A stretch of 62,626 nucleotides of DNA, the filler included, from Bipalium vagum (taxonomy: Eukaryota), in NCBI GenBank assembly GCA_037834085.1. It is 3 parts of 3 records of this genome, joined end to end, with 100 filler letters (N's around TTAATTAATTAA, not from the genome) between each part and the next. Parts side by side here need not be neighbours in the genome. Positions count along the whole stretch, not along the records: positions 1 to 15,945 come from JBBMKC010136747.1; 2 more parts are not named here. One strand, given 5' to 3'. Numbering within the stretch: position 1 is the stretch's first letter; every line of letters begins with the position of its first letter. The notes under the pieces are model-generated. The model saw nothing but the letters and a program-made list of their open reading frames with translations. It was not told the origin of the DNA and searched no databases. The translations under genes and the position numbers were made by a program. Below are positions 1 through 12,639 of this stretch, one piece after another.

Positions 1-70
<70 letters not shown>
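1..70. repeat. (TTA)n microsatellite
   Basis: Pure TTA tandem repeat at the window start. Confidence 0.95.
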
Positions 71-254
71 CATATTGATAGTGAGATTTTGTATAAAAGT
101 TATCCATTCTATGAGAATAAGCAGTAAATACCTTTAAAAAATATAAAATAACAAATAATATCTTAAACTTTTGGTTTTGCTAATTTATACAAGGTTCGTT
201 TTAGTTTCAATATTAAACTTTTTTCCTGCCTTATATTTTTAATTCCACAATTAG

Positions 255-740
255 TTCTAGTAGGTGATAGTAGTTGCAAGATCAGGAAAACTTTGAAGAG
301 CTTTTACACAATCTGGTTGTTCAAATCTGGTTATATCATTAGTTTTTCACACCCTCATTACTGATAATATGCTCCTAAAATTTTATTTCCTTCTGTATAA
401 ATGAGCACTTATCTGGTTCATTCGTAGACCTACTGATCTGATTCTCATCAGCACTTTGTTTAAACGTTTGTAGTACTCTTCCGGGCCTTCAAAATGTATT
501 ATAATGTCATCTAGATACACGACAGCTTCTTTCATAACTCTCAGGATTCTGGTCATCAAATCTTGGAATGTTCCTGGCGCCACAACAATTCTGAATGGAA
601 TACGATTGAAACAGAACTGACCTTCTGTCTTCAAGAATGCTGTCTTTTCCTCTTCATCAAATTTTATATAATAATAAGTTTGTCCGAGGTCGATAGAGCT
701 GAAATAAATGGCTGAAATAAATAAATACCTTAGAATATAA
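255..740 (-). mobile_element. Ty3/Gypsy LTR-retrotransposon reverse transcriptase fragment (degenerate)
   Basis: ORF 383-754 reads YFSSIDL..YY.I..EEKTAF..GQFCFNRIPF..APGTFQDLMTRIL..VVYLDDIII, the Gypsy RT motif series including YxDD. Broken frames continue downstream (QPDCVKALQSFPDL). Confidence 0.9.
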
Positions 741-1019
741 TATATCTTGTACATATTTAGTTTTTTATTTATTTTTAATTCGTCAAAAAGTTTAATACTA
801 AATGCAATCTACTGTATCTTTAATTGGATCTTCATTTTTTCTATCTGGTATCCATTCAAATATTTCTCCATAATTATTTTTATTAATCATTACAAAATTT
901 TTTATAAAATTTATGAACTTAATTTTAAAGCTACATTAGAAAAAAAATAAGGAAAGTAATTTTTTGTACAGCTGTATTTCTTTTTGCTTTTATGTCCTCA
1001 ACTTCAATTTCAAAATCTA

Positions 1020-1500
1020 TATTTGCTTTTAATAAATGATTGAAATAAATATATTACAGAACTTTTATTATGTCTTCCTCTTGTAAAATATATTTCTATA
1101 ATATGTTGATTCTTTTCATTTATAACATCATTAAAAATAATTAAGTTTCTAAACTTCACATTTAATTTATCTGATAGAGGAATTTCATCTTTATCAGGTA
1201 AAGTTACTTATTTTTCTTTTTGTATAATTATATTCTTTTTTTTCAAATTTTGGTTTTATTTTATTTTGAAATTTATTATAAACTTACTTTAGATAATCCA
1301 TATTCAAAACAATTTCGTATATATTTAAATTCTGGTTGAACAAAAGCAACTTTAGAAAAATTATAAGATTATTATAATCTACAGTATATAGTTTTCATGT
1401 TAAAGTATATTTTATAATAAATTTGTGTTTCCTGATCCAGAAGCACCAATAAAACACATTCTAAAATTTTGTGATAAATTATGATGATGATTAAATTTTA
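1020..1500 (-). mobile_element. Polinton/Maverick (adintovirus) FtsK/A32-type DNA-packaging ATPase pseudogene
   Basis: Manual minus-strand translation gives QNFRMCFIGASGSGNTNLL (degenerate Walker A), DYNNL..FSKVAFVQPEFKYI, and DEIPLSDKLNVKFRNLIIFNDVINEKNQHIIEIYFTRGRHNKSSVIYLFQSF (Walker B, RGRH motif, downstream Q). Stops and frameshifts are present. Confidence 0.8.
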
Positions 1501-1879
1501 TATTAATCTCAAACAAAGATTCTCCATTTTGATATAAAAATTTTAAAATCTTTTTAATTGAAACTTATTTCAAATACAAGGTAAACTTGGTTTTTGGTAT
1601 CTGCTTTAAATGCGATTTTGTCTTAACACACAGGGAATAGTATGCTTTGGAAAAAAGGTTCATCAAATTTGTTTAAAGTAAATAGTAAAACTGATTTCTT
1701 CTCCATTAAAATTTATTAGTTCATTTTTTTATATCAATATCCAAAATTTTATTTCATTATTTTTTGTATTAGGTGTATGCATAAGTATTAGTATATTTTT
1801 TAACGGGAAAATATGTTTATCAAAAAGCTAATAAATTTATTTTTACATAACATAGGTACAAAAAATCAATCTTCAAAAT

Positions 1880-2500
1880 AAGATTCGTTCTTGTCCATCA
1901 CTTTTTCCATCTTTCAGGTATTTGACGAATTCCCAAACGATAGAATGATCTGGGTTTCAAAGTAATTAAATAATCCAGAAATTCTCGAATCTCAGAAACA
2001 TTTTAAAATGATGTTTTGCTAAAAAGTGTTGCATTGATTGAAACATGCGTTAATCTGTAGAAGCCAGGTCCGCGAAATAAGTTGCATGAGGAAGAACATC
2101 CCAACCTTATTGTGAGATTGTCCTTTGTGTAAGATTTGTTTTATGCTGTCTGGTATTGTCAAGCAATAAGACAGTCATATGTAATCTTTGATCTGAAAAA
2201 GCTTTTTTCTTAATTTTTTTCAACCAATTGCAACTACGGCTTGCTGTAGAGTTCTGAATTAACGGTTTTGCAATCTGGAGAAGAATCTTTAATAAATGGA
2301 TCCCTTAATTCCACCAGATACAATGGATCATTTGTTAGTTGTGAATATTTACTTTTGCGGTTAAAGTTTCTGGCATGCCGGGGTCTACCCACGAATAAAT
2401 GCGCTTTGGATTATCGTAACCAATCCACTTTTCATCTCCAGTGACGATCTGCAATAAAGAGTATTTTTATCTTGGTTTTGCAAGAAGCTTTAGATATTTT
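1880..2500 (-). mobile_element. mariner transposase relic
   Basis: Minus strand reads IVTGDEKWIGYDNPKRIYSWVDPG. A degenerate LPHATYFADLAS corresponds to the HPPYSPDLAP motif. Frameshifts are present. Confidence 0.85.
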
Positions 2501-2589
2501 CATTTTAGAAGAAATTATTATGAAGAAATTTTATTATCAGTAATTTTTATATAATACTCTTCTGATTTTAATGATTCTAATTCTTTTAT

Positions 2590-2690
2590 TGTTTTAAATA
2601 TAATCTGAATATATGAAGATAAATCATAATTTTCATAAGCCCCTGGATTTATCTTTATCTTTCGAGATTCTTTTCCCTTTATGAATCTAT
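2590..2690 (-). mobile_element. possible Polinton minor capsid (penton) fragment
   Basis: Minus strand KIKINPGAYENYDLSSYIQ resembles the IPxGxYxxxDxNxYI motif of Polinton-type minor capsid proteins. It lies on the same strand as the ATPase relic. This is a short motif only. Confidence 0.35.
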
Positions 2691-3358
2691 AAAATTAACT
2701 TTTTTATTAACTTTTTATCTTTTGCACTTTTACAATAGTTTTTTCATAATTTTTTCGTTATTGTTTATTTTATCGTTAGTCATTTTTTGCTCGTTGTTAT
2801 TGTTTTTACGTTGTTTATTATTTTTATGATTTATCGTATCTTCATGTTTCTTTTATTATTTAGAGATATATTTTTTACAAAGTTCTTAATACTAATTTTC
2901 ATTCATTTTTTAAGAAAATAAATTAGTTGATTGATGTACATGATCTAACCTGAGTAGAGTACAAATGAATAGAGAAGATCGCATCCAGTCATAGATTTTT
3001 TTATGAAACGGGCTGTTTTGTTAGGTGATTAACATTTTCTTACTGTATTGAAGTCTAAAAAAATAACTGAAGAAATTTATTTTCTAATTTCAACTTTAGG
3101 ATTGTAAAGCTGAGATAAAGATTTATTTACATGAAATTTAAATTGTAAATCACTATTAACTTAAGATATTATTTAACAATTATAAAAGCTTTCTTTGATA
3201 AAATTTAACATGATAAAATTCACTGTTTATAGTTTCGATAAATTAAAATAATATGTAAAGTTATTCTGCTAAACGTTGTTTTAATTTTTTATATATAACT
3301 TTCATAATACAGTTAGATTTAAATTAATTTTGCGTATCAGTTGATTTCTTTATATTTT

Positions 3359-6300
3359 ATGGAAAATTCAGAAACTGTGGATGATTTATCAGATTATAAT
3401 TGCACATTTGAAATGTCATTAAATGATATTTATTTAATTGCGCTTAAATTTTTCAAAGGTAAATATTAGATATTCAGGTATTTTTCAATATTAAGTAAAA
3501 TAAAAAATAAGGATTTTTGCTTATTTTATTTACTTATCTATAGTAAATAATTAAGTTAAAATTATTTTTGTTTATTAAGAAAACAAAGATAAGGCATTTC
3601 ACTTGAATTATGCTAACAAAATAAAAATGATTTCTTTATCTCATCATATCAAAAACGGACCGATAAACATAAAATCTATGCCAGAAATTGGCGTTCTTGA
3701 TGTAATAGGTAAAGATATAAGGTAATAGCATAATGGAAAGTATTATTATTGTAAATGATTTAAGGAATCAGTGCCAAAATTTAGGTAATATATCTAAAGA
3801 ATCCGCTCAGCAAGAATTTATTGAGTTTTTAAAATTGTGTTGTCCGGAATTCAAAGGGTTTTTGGAAGCAAAGATTAAACAGATTGAACTAGAAGCACAT
3901 GAGAAGTTATTTAAATTAATATTGCCAAATATTTTGTTTTTCAATTTAGATATGAAAAGATGAAGTTAGGGAAAGAGTTGTTAAAAAAAGAACAAGAAAA
4001 GGTTGCTCGAGATAAAGCTTTCATGCAAGCATTGGTTTTGGAAAATCAAAAACGAGTTGATGAAGAGTATGTCTATTAATGATAATTGGAAATTTCTCTA
4101 ATTTCATTTATAAATAAAGTTACATTGATTTTTTAAAATTGATTAATTAAACAAAATAATCCATGCCAGTTTTTTCATTTTAAATAAAATAAAATTCTCC
4201 AAGAAAATGTGAAAAAGTGATCTGTAATAGTTTCTCGACAATTCATTCATTCAAATATTGATTAACGGAGATTCTTACTCCCATTTCCTATCCTTTTGCT
4301 TTTTCACGTTCGAGACCTCGTCCGTTGGTGTGATCGCCATCTTAGTTGAAAATAAATCTGAGATACCGGGATTCGAACCCATTCGAGAGGGCCTTTTACA
4401 AGCGATATGGATTGCTCGACCACTGAGCTACATCCCCCAACTAATTTTCAATTTATCTCACAATCGACATTTGAAAGTGATACTTTTCAAATAAATATCT
4501 TTTCTTCCGAAATTTACATATAAAAAATATATAAATTTTCTTTCTCAAGTTTTCAAGTACGTTTATTATTATCATTCGTGAAAAATAAACACAATTATAG
4601 ATATTCTATAAATTATTGTAAAAATATCGAATTTACATTTCTAATTTTACTTTTGTGAGAAATATATGGTCTACCGACGAAAATATTAAAAGTTAAAGTA
4701 GATTTAAATGTTTGACTTACTCCAGATCCTCAAAAATGCATGTTATTATTGATTTTTAAAAGTAATAGTGATACGAAACAATTTTTATTGTCAGTAGTTC
4801 ATGATCAAGGATTATTGTGGAAATAATTTTTTCAATTAATAAAGATTATTATTAATATTTGTTTGTTGGAATGATTATTGATTATTTGATTAATACATTA
4901 AATACTATTTCTCTCTGTTTAGTCCTCTGAATGAGTGTAATTTTTACTTATTGTTTTCTGAAGTCTGTTTTATTAATTTTATTTATAATTATTAAAAAAT
5001 CGATTTTGTATATACAAATGTGTAAGGCGGGCCAAAAGTGACTTAGTTCACAAATGCATTTGTTATTCTTTTGTTATGATTATTTATCAATTAATATTAA
5101 TGTAAAATTTGAAAGTACAAAATATAAGACCAAGATTAAAGGATAGAAGATAAATTCTCAAATAAAGTCTGATAAAATGTGCCGTTTTACTTTGAAAATT
5201 AGAGGAATCTTTCTGAATCTAAAATTCACAAATGACGTAATCGTTTCAAAATTTCTGCAATTTGGATCAATAAAAAATGAAAAATGATTCACTTGGGTAA
5301 CTTGAAATATTTTGACATGGAAAAGACCTCTGGCTTTTTAAAATCCTGAAGAGTAGCACAATTTAGAGAATATCATGTCAAATGCTAATTCAAAAAATCG
5401 ATTTTCAGTAGATAAATTGGATCATGTTTTTTTGACCGAAATGTCTATCAAGTCTCTTTTTTTGACCGATCTCAACTTTTCATGTTGATATTAAAGAAAT
5501 GAATATTCAAATAATAACCAGTGTGGTAATGGGTATTCCATCCTATTCAATTATGTGTTTAAGGGAAAACAGACTGTTATTACTATAATTATTACTGATT
5601 GTGTTTTATGGCGCTGCTACACAAAAAATTGCATAAATTACAATAGATATTTTTCTAATAGAAGAAATTCCTTTTTTTAGAAATTCAAAGTACCTCTAAA
5701 TAAATTTGTCCATTAAAAAAAGCAACACTTTTGCACCATCTTTTTTTCATATTTCTTTTTGATCTTCACTTAGTTTATTTATCTCTTTTTCATCAATCTT
5801 AGGCAGGCCAGAATGTGATTCGTTTCAAGTCTCTTTTTTGACCGGTCAATCGTATCAAGTATGTTTTTGACCACGACGGTAAAAAAAAACATGATCCAAT
5901 AAATTTTCTATTAAGTTTATTTTTAATTAAATTAAAATGACAAAACATGTTTAATTGAAAAATCAATTAAAGTTATTGAATATTAGATATTATCGGGAAT
6001 TACAATTTTGATTTAAGTGTCATTTTGACCATCTGTTTAAAGTTTGAATGAATCTGTCATAATTTGTATGTTTTCGTGGTTTCGCTACTATAAATATTGA
6101 TCTATATGGTAAAAAGCATTTTAACCTTATGTCCGTGGCAAAACATGGAAAATAGTTTTTAAATTTTGTGTAAGCGGAAGAATCGTCCTATCTCAACACA
6201 AAAAATAAGTTTAAAAATATTTGAAAAAATTATTAGATAATAATTTTTCACACTGTATGGAATTATTATCATACGACGAGGATTATAATTTAGAAATCAT

Positions 6301-9300
6301 GAACAAAATAATAATAAATGAATCAATAATCAATACATTTAAAGAGAATTGAAAGTCTGAAAATGTGATAATTAGATGTTTTTAAATTCATATTTTTTGT
6401 TAGAAAATAATCATGGTGAATATTAAACCAACTGATGTTATAGCGACCTCACAAAATTCATTTATAATTTTTGTACAAATTACAATTCAAAAATTAAATA
6501 TTATTTAAATAAAAAGAAAGGGTCGCACTGAAATCTATTTTATTAATTATGTTAATAATAGAACTTATCAGCCTGAAATTAATTAATTAACTGTATTTAT
6601 GAGTAACATATCCATAGAAATAGATTGCGATCAGTAATCAATCAACAGACATTAGCTCAATTTCACGCATATGCTGTACAGCAACATCCGGACGATATGA
6701 AGCTGGTGAGACCATTATTTTCGCTTGTGGCTTTTGAAAAAATTGACGGAAATTAATATATCTAGCAAGAACAGTTGATTGCCCAGTTGCAGCAGCACCA
6801 TTTCCATCAGTACATGTTGGCAATTTATGAAATGAATAGAACGGAAAATCAGACGAATAATTCTGAAGAAGTCATCACAGATCCCAATAATATGGAAGTC
6901 GACAGCTCGTTTGTGTACGAAGTCAACAACAACATTCCTCGTGAAAGCGAAATAAAAGGTGGATGTTTACTCATAATTTTTATTTGGAAAAATCTGTATT
7001 TTTAAAAAAGTGTGATTAAATTATGAAACTTTAAATATTCACGATTTCATTAATTTTTGTTTATTATCGAAATAACAATTTAATTATATTTATTAATGGT
7101 TATTATTAAAAATATTTGATTTATTGATGTTTTTCATTACAATTTTCACTCATTCCAATTAATGACTTGTGAGACTACTTTTGTCTAAACTATTTACAGG
7201 CCCGTATCATATTTACCAAATCGCAATCGTCCAATTGATATTTTCACAATATTTTTATGCTAAGTAGTGACACTTTAGAGATTTAGTTCTATTGACTTTA
7301 TTGAAAATCGAAATAACTGTTTTATTCAATTTAATAAATTTTTTAAAAAATAATCGATTTATTGATATTTTCCTTAAATTTGACTCATTTAAAAAACTGA
7401 TGGTTTGTAAAATGGAAGTTAAATACTAAGAATGATCTTTTGATCTGCAAAAATCCGTAACTGCTTTAATTCAGTTGCAATCGTTAAATTCTCAAAACAC
7501 CTCTTAAAGCCACTTAAAACTGTCAAGTGATTACTTCATTTTGAAACAGAAAAAAGTTAATCTCTATTTGTTGATTTGATTATTCCTTCCCTCGTTCAGT
7601 TGAATCTTCTAGTATTGTGTGCTGCATCGTTATGATCAACAATTTTCATTATTAAACAATTATCAGGATGGTTAAAGTGAGAAATAAAGTTCGTCTGAAG
7701 AAAGTCTCCCAAAAGAAGTTGATGGAATACCAGAGACTTGAGTTAAGATATTAAGTGATTCACGTTTAGTTCTCCGAGAAATCGAAAGTTCTTGGTGGAG
7801 GATTATGGCAAAATTGGAAAGGTCTAAAGGAAAAACAAATGAATTCTTGTGGAATACAAAACAGCAGAAAATCGAGTATTAAGAAAAAAAAATTTCAATC
7901 GTTAAATTAATTTCTTAGATTTTTTTGTTTCGTTTTATATTTGTGAGCCGCCCTGGTATGGAAGATCGAAGCGTGCACTTGAGATATATTTTACTTCTCT
8001 ATTATCGGAAAGACAAATATACATCACAAGCTTACAAAAAATTTGTATGTGTTTGGTGAGACTGCAATAAAAGAACGCCAATATCGGAATTGGTTTGAGA
8101 AATTCTAAAGGGGTGATTTTTCATGGCCGTCCACTGGATATCAAAGAGAAACGTGACATTGGAAAGAAGCTCAACGAATCACATGCAACCACAAAAACAA
8201 TATTAAGCATGTGGACAACGTTAAAAAACTCGATTTATGAGCTCTTTACCAATTTAAAGAAAGTCACATTAGACAAAGCTTTGAAATCTGCCATTTGCTT
8301 ATCAAATACAACATACTTCAATTTTGATTTTCCACAATAATGTTCATTTAAAAAGATCATACTACAAGTGAGAGGAAGCAGCTCAGACATTGTCCAAGAT
8401 TGATAATCATCAAAAGAAAGTTGTGATATCCGTTCGGAGGGATTATCAAGAAATAATATACTTAAAAATTTTGTTAAGCAGGCAAAGAATTAATTCTGAT
8501 ATTTACCTTGATGATGATCAGTTGACAAAATTGAACACGAAATCCAAGTTAAACACCCAAAATTGGCAAACCATAAAGGTATTGTTTTTCATCATGACAG
8601 TTAAAAATCACATACTTCTCTGGATGTATTACCATATAACTCTGACCTTGCTCCTTTTGATTACCATTTGTTTCGCTCTATGAAAAAGTTTTTAAATATT
8701 AAAACTTTTACTAATGAAATTGATGTTCAATCCGATTTGTTGCAATTTTTTCCGATAAACTCCAAAGGTTTTATGAGCGAAGAAATTCTATTTTTAAAGA
8801 TTTTATATTTTTGTAGTTTATATTTGGTTTGATATTAAATTGGGCAAAACTAAAAATCATGATTTCTTAAGTTCATTTCTGAAGGCTTTTTCAGTCAGCA
8901 AATATTAGAAATTGTAATAATTTAAAAATACTCAATATTGTAAAAATGAGAATAAAGTCAAAATTTGTCGGGGTAGTTGAGAAAAAAACTAAATCGGACA
9001 TTCACATGATTATCTAAAATCGAAAGTATTAAGGACACATTTTTTATAGGGAACTTGTTACAATTTTTTCTTAAGTCTCGTTACTTTTCGCTTACGAAAA
9101 TAATCTGGTCATTTTTCTCTGGAATTTATTCGATCACTTGCAAAATATTATTATTTAATGATATCTGTTAGAGATAAAATCTTTGCGTAATGATATATAT
9201 TTATTGATCTGATAATATGGGAAATAAAATGTCGATAAAGATCAGGATTAAATTGCGATTGGTTTATTATACTTGTTGAAGACATCAGCTTTTCATTATT

Positions 9301-12300
9301 ATTATTTTCCTTTATTTTCAAACTAATATTACATTTAAAACTTCACTTTTTTATTTTTTGTTCCGATTTTCTTCAAGTTAACTGTGACGTTCACCAGAAA
9401 TTATTCATTGAAAACACTGCATTTTCAATGCAAATACGTTCAGTTTTTAACAATTTAAATATCGATTGTTCTATGATTTTGTACTCCTCGCATATTACAT
9501 GCTTTCTTAACAATTTTATTTTTACATTTACATTTTTTGTGAATTTAAAAGTTTAAAAAGTACTAAACCTAACAGTCATTTATCTCGTTATTAACAGGTT
9601 CCTGCCTATTTTGAATAAAACAGTCATTTATTATACATTATGAATATAAATAAATGTTTTTCTTTTTACTTTTATGTTTGTAATGAGGCTGCTAATCAGA
9701 CCATGGGAATTTTTAATTTTGGAGTCATTTTTGGAGTCGTGACTTTATTAATATTATAATATTTAAAATAATAATTAATTATAACCAATTATAAATAGTG
9801 CTATTATTAAAATTATTGATTTAATGCTTTGTAAAATTTTAATAATTTTCTGAATAAAGGAAAAAATTTAATCAGTTAAATATGATGAAAGGTATCGAGA
9901 AATTGGTAAACTGTCGTAGAGAATCGGCATGGATGGTAGATAATGTGTTATCACATGAATTTACAAGAGAAAAGTTAAAGAAGCTTTGGTTAATTGCATT
10001 AATGGTGCTGAAGTTGAAAAAGAGAAGAGTTGAGAAAATTGTAATGTGTATGAGAGATTGAGGGTATCATGGAAAAAAACGGATGAAATATGAGACAAAA
10101 ACAGTCAGACTAATAGGAGTGCAGTTTTAATTTTATAAATTTTTATTGGTTTATTTAAAAATTAGAAAATCATTAGAAAATTAAATACATTCAAATATGG
10201 AAAATCATAACTCAACCGATGTAAAATAAAATATTGAAAATAATAATGATAAATTATAATTTAATAAAGAAAGACTTTGTGACAAAAACAATTATTGGGT
10301 CTCGTCAGTGCTTTGACACAGGAACATGTGTTTTACGAAAAGAAATAATGTCATTCGTTAAGGTATAAGTAATTAATTGATAGAAAATCATTTCACTTTG
10401 AGATTTTTTCAACAATCCAGTTACAAAATTGAACCCTCGCTCGACAGTTAAAAATTTCTAAAATCTTTTGCAGACTAGTTTCGGACTCAAGACTGTTTTC
10501 TTTATTCTGAGGATCCTTAGTTAGGACAAGCAGTGGTTATAATCTCTTTAATTGTTTATTGTACTCCATATCTGGCAAATAGTTAATAAAAAAATTTAAA
10601 AAGTGAAAAAAGTTTTTTAATGTTTATTTATTCTCGTTATATATTATTAGATTTGTTATCCTCAGACTCCGATTTGAGTGTAATATGATTTATTCATCAC
10701 TAAAATATTGAATTTTGAATCTGGTCTTCATATTTTTCTTTTTGATTTTTTTAAAAAATTTTAATTATGGACTTTAAATTATTTTTTACTTTTATTCGTG
10801 AAAGATGAGCAATATTTTCAAAGTTACTTTTAATAAATTATTACTATTTTCTTTTTCATGCAATATTATTTATTTTTAGTGTATGAATAGTATTTCATGG
10901 TTCTATTTACAAATTGAGATTATCGAGTTTACGACAAAAATCAATATTTTAATAAATTTTTCAACTATATCTTGGAAATTTGTTTGATTTTCTTTAAAAA
11001 ATTCAGAATGGCATTCTCTTTCTCTCTTAATTTTAGGAAAATTAATATTTTATTCAAAAAAATTATCTGATTATGTCTTAAATCTCTCAGAATGCCAATC
11101 AATGAACAAAATCAATTTTTAAGTGGCCTTTTTATTTTTAAAATATATTTACCTTGCGCGGTTTTTGTTTTCTTTTTGAGTTTTTCTTTATCATAATGGA
11201 ACAAAATATTACCTTGGCAACTCTATATTATCTCTGGTCAAGAATGATTGCCAATTCTCTTCAGGTTATCTTTGAAATTCAATCGATATTATTTTAATTT
11301 CATGCTTCAAAAAAAAGTATATTTCTCCGAACCCAGATATATGAAAAACATGATCAGTAGAATATTAAGTGCACAATCTTGAAAAGTTATATTTCGGGAA
11401 TTTCTTTCATTATCCATCTCATAATTTTCATTTTACACTGCTGAGATTAAAATATATATGATCTTTTCAACTCGAAAGTGGACCATGAAATCATTAATAA
11501 TTTTATCAGTGACTGATCCAAATGAAAAATAAATAACTGTTGTGACCAAATTAAAAATAGTTTATTCTCCAGAGTTTTCGGAAAAGAATTTCACTAAAAT
11601 CATTTTCCTCTTGAATTTTTCAGTGAACAAATTATTTTTTAATTAATCAATAACAAAAAATTTTCAAAACACTACAAGCATCGAAATTAAAACTTATTAT
11701 TGATTAATTAACAATTACTCATATATTTGGAAGTTAAATAAATATTTATAGGGATACCTTTTAAAGAAATAATGTTTTCTACCTGCTCCTCTCTTTACCG
11801 AGATTGATAATATTAATTGAATTATTGATTATTTTGTGCTATTATAAATTTGAAGTCTTTGCTACTGTCATCAGAGAATGGAGATTTGAGTTCCCACGAT
11901 CAATCGAATTTATACAATTCCAACGCCGTCGAGATTTGGTGTCAAGCGTCGATCAATGAATTCAAGGCCAGTTTTTCATCGGAGCCCGACAGCGTAATGA
12001 AAATTGGGTCTGGAGAAGTTGTGACAGTCAGTTATTCAAATGTCAACTATGATCATGATGAGATTCCCGATCTTTTATAGATCCGCGTTCCAGGCAGTTC
12101 AAACAGTGAATATTTGATCTGGCAATTCGCCACCGATGAATGTGATATTGGATTTGGAATTTCCGTGTGCCATGACGGAACTAACGAGGAAGTGGAGCCG
12201 GTGTTGAGGCGAGACAGTCACAAGCAGGTCTATTGCGGTCGATTAAAGCTTATCAAAGACGCCAAGGACTCAGAACAGCCCTTCTTTCTTTTGCGGTTTG

Positions 12301-12362
12301 ACAACTCCTACTCTCTATGGCGGCACAAATGGCTTTATTACCGTGTGTGCTATTCCGATTGA
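3359..12362 (+). CDS. ACBD3: Golgi resident protein GCP60 / acyl-CoA-binding domain protein 3 (ACB - coiled coil - Q-rich - GOLD)
   Basis: Exons 3359-3458, 3580-3721, 3765-3905, 3950-4066, 6618-6705, 6766-6958, 11875-12026, 12081-12362. All introns are GT-AG and phases are consistent (1215 nt). Motifs: IYLIALKFFKENKDKAFHLNY..PEIGVLDVIGKD, INQQTLAQFHAYAVQQHP..QLQQHHFHQYM, SVMKIGSGEVVTIRVP..LIWQFATDECDIGFG..FDNSYSLWRHKWLYYRV. AATAAA lies ~12 nt after the TGA. Confidence 0.95.
4342..4466 (-). repeat. tRNA-Ala(CGC)-derived element, copy 1 (pseudo-tRNA inside an inverted repeat; in ACBD3 intron 4)
   Basis: Minus strand GGGGATGTAGCTCAGTGGTCGAGC...GGTTCGAATCCCGGTATCTC has intact A and B boxes, a disrupted anticodon arm and an insertion before the T arm. 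It is homologous to 19890-20006. Confidence 0.75.
5419..5897. mobile_element. non-autonomous DNA transposon, probably Merlin family
   Basis: TIRs GGATCATGTTTTTTT...AAAAAAAAACATGATCC. Flanks gATAAATT/aATAAATT form an 8-bp TSD with one mismatch. Subterminal TCAAGTCTCTTTTTTGACC repeats are present. GG termini plus an 8-bp TSD fit Merlin. Confidence 0.65.
7958..8790 (+). mobile_element. mariner transposase relic
   Basis: N-terminus MEDRSVHLRYILLLYYRK, then GRPLDI, KKVVISV..DYQEIIY, VFHHD and PYNSDLAPFDYHLFRSM. Many frameshifts. Confidence 0.85.
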
Positions 12363-12639
12363 GATGTACTTTCAATAAAGGAATTTGTTGCTTTTCTTCA
12401 TAATAATAAATAATAAATAATGATACGTCTTTTCAGGCAATTGTGATTTATTATGGTCCTCGTTTGTATAATGAGATTTGTGATTTTAAATTTAACTAAG
12501 ATGTCATCAACATCGTCATGTTTTATTGTGGGAAGAGGTTTTTTCTTTGTTAATAATTTGGTTTTCATGTTTAGGTATTTGTAAAAAATTTTTTTTAATA
12601 ATATCCGAAAAACAATAAGGAATCTAATAACTAATTTAC

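Noticed and set aside
4258-4494. 78-aa ORF, and a functional tRNA gene call at this locus and at 19906-19978
   Set aside because: The ORF is antisense to the tRNA-like repeat. The anticodon stems do not pair in either copy, so they are not called functional tRNAs.
6638-6823. Antisense ORFs over exons (also 40911-41099, 53665-53874, 14900-15275, 34472-34672)
   Set aside because: Shadow frames of real exons or transposase relics.
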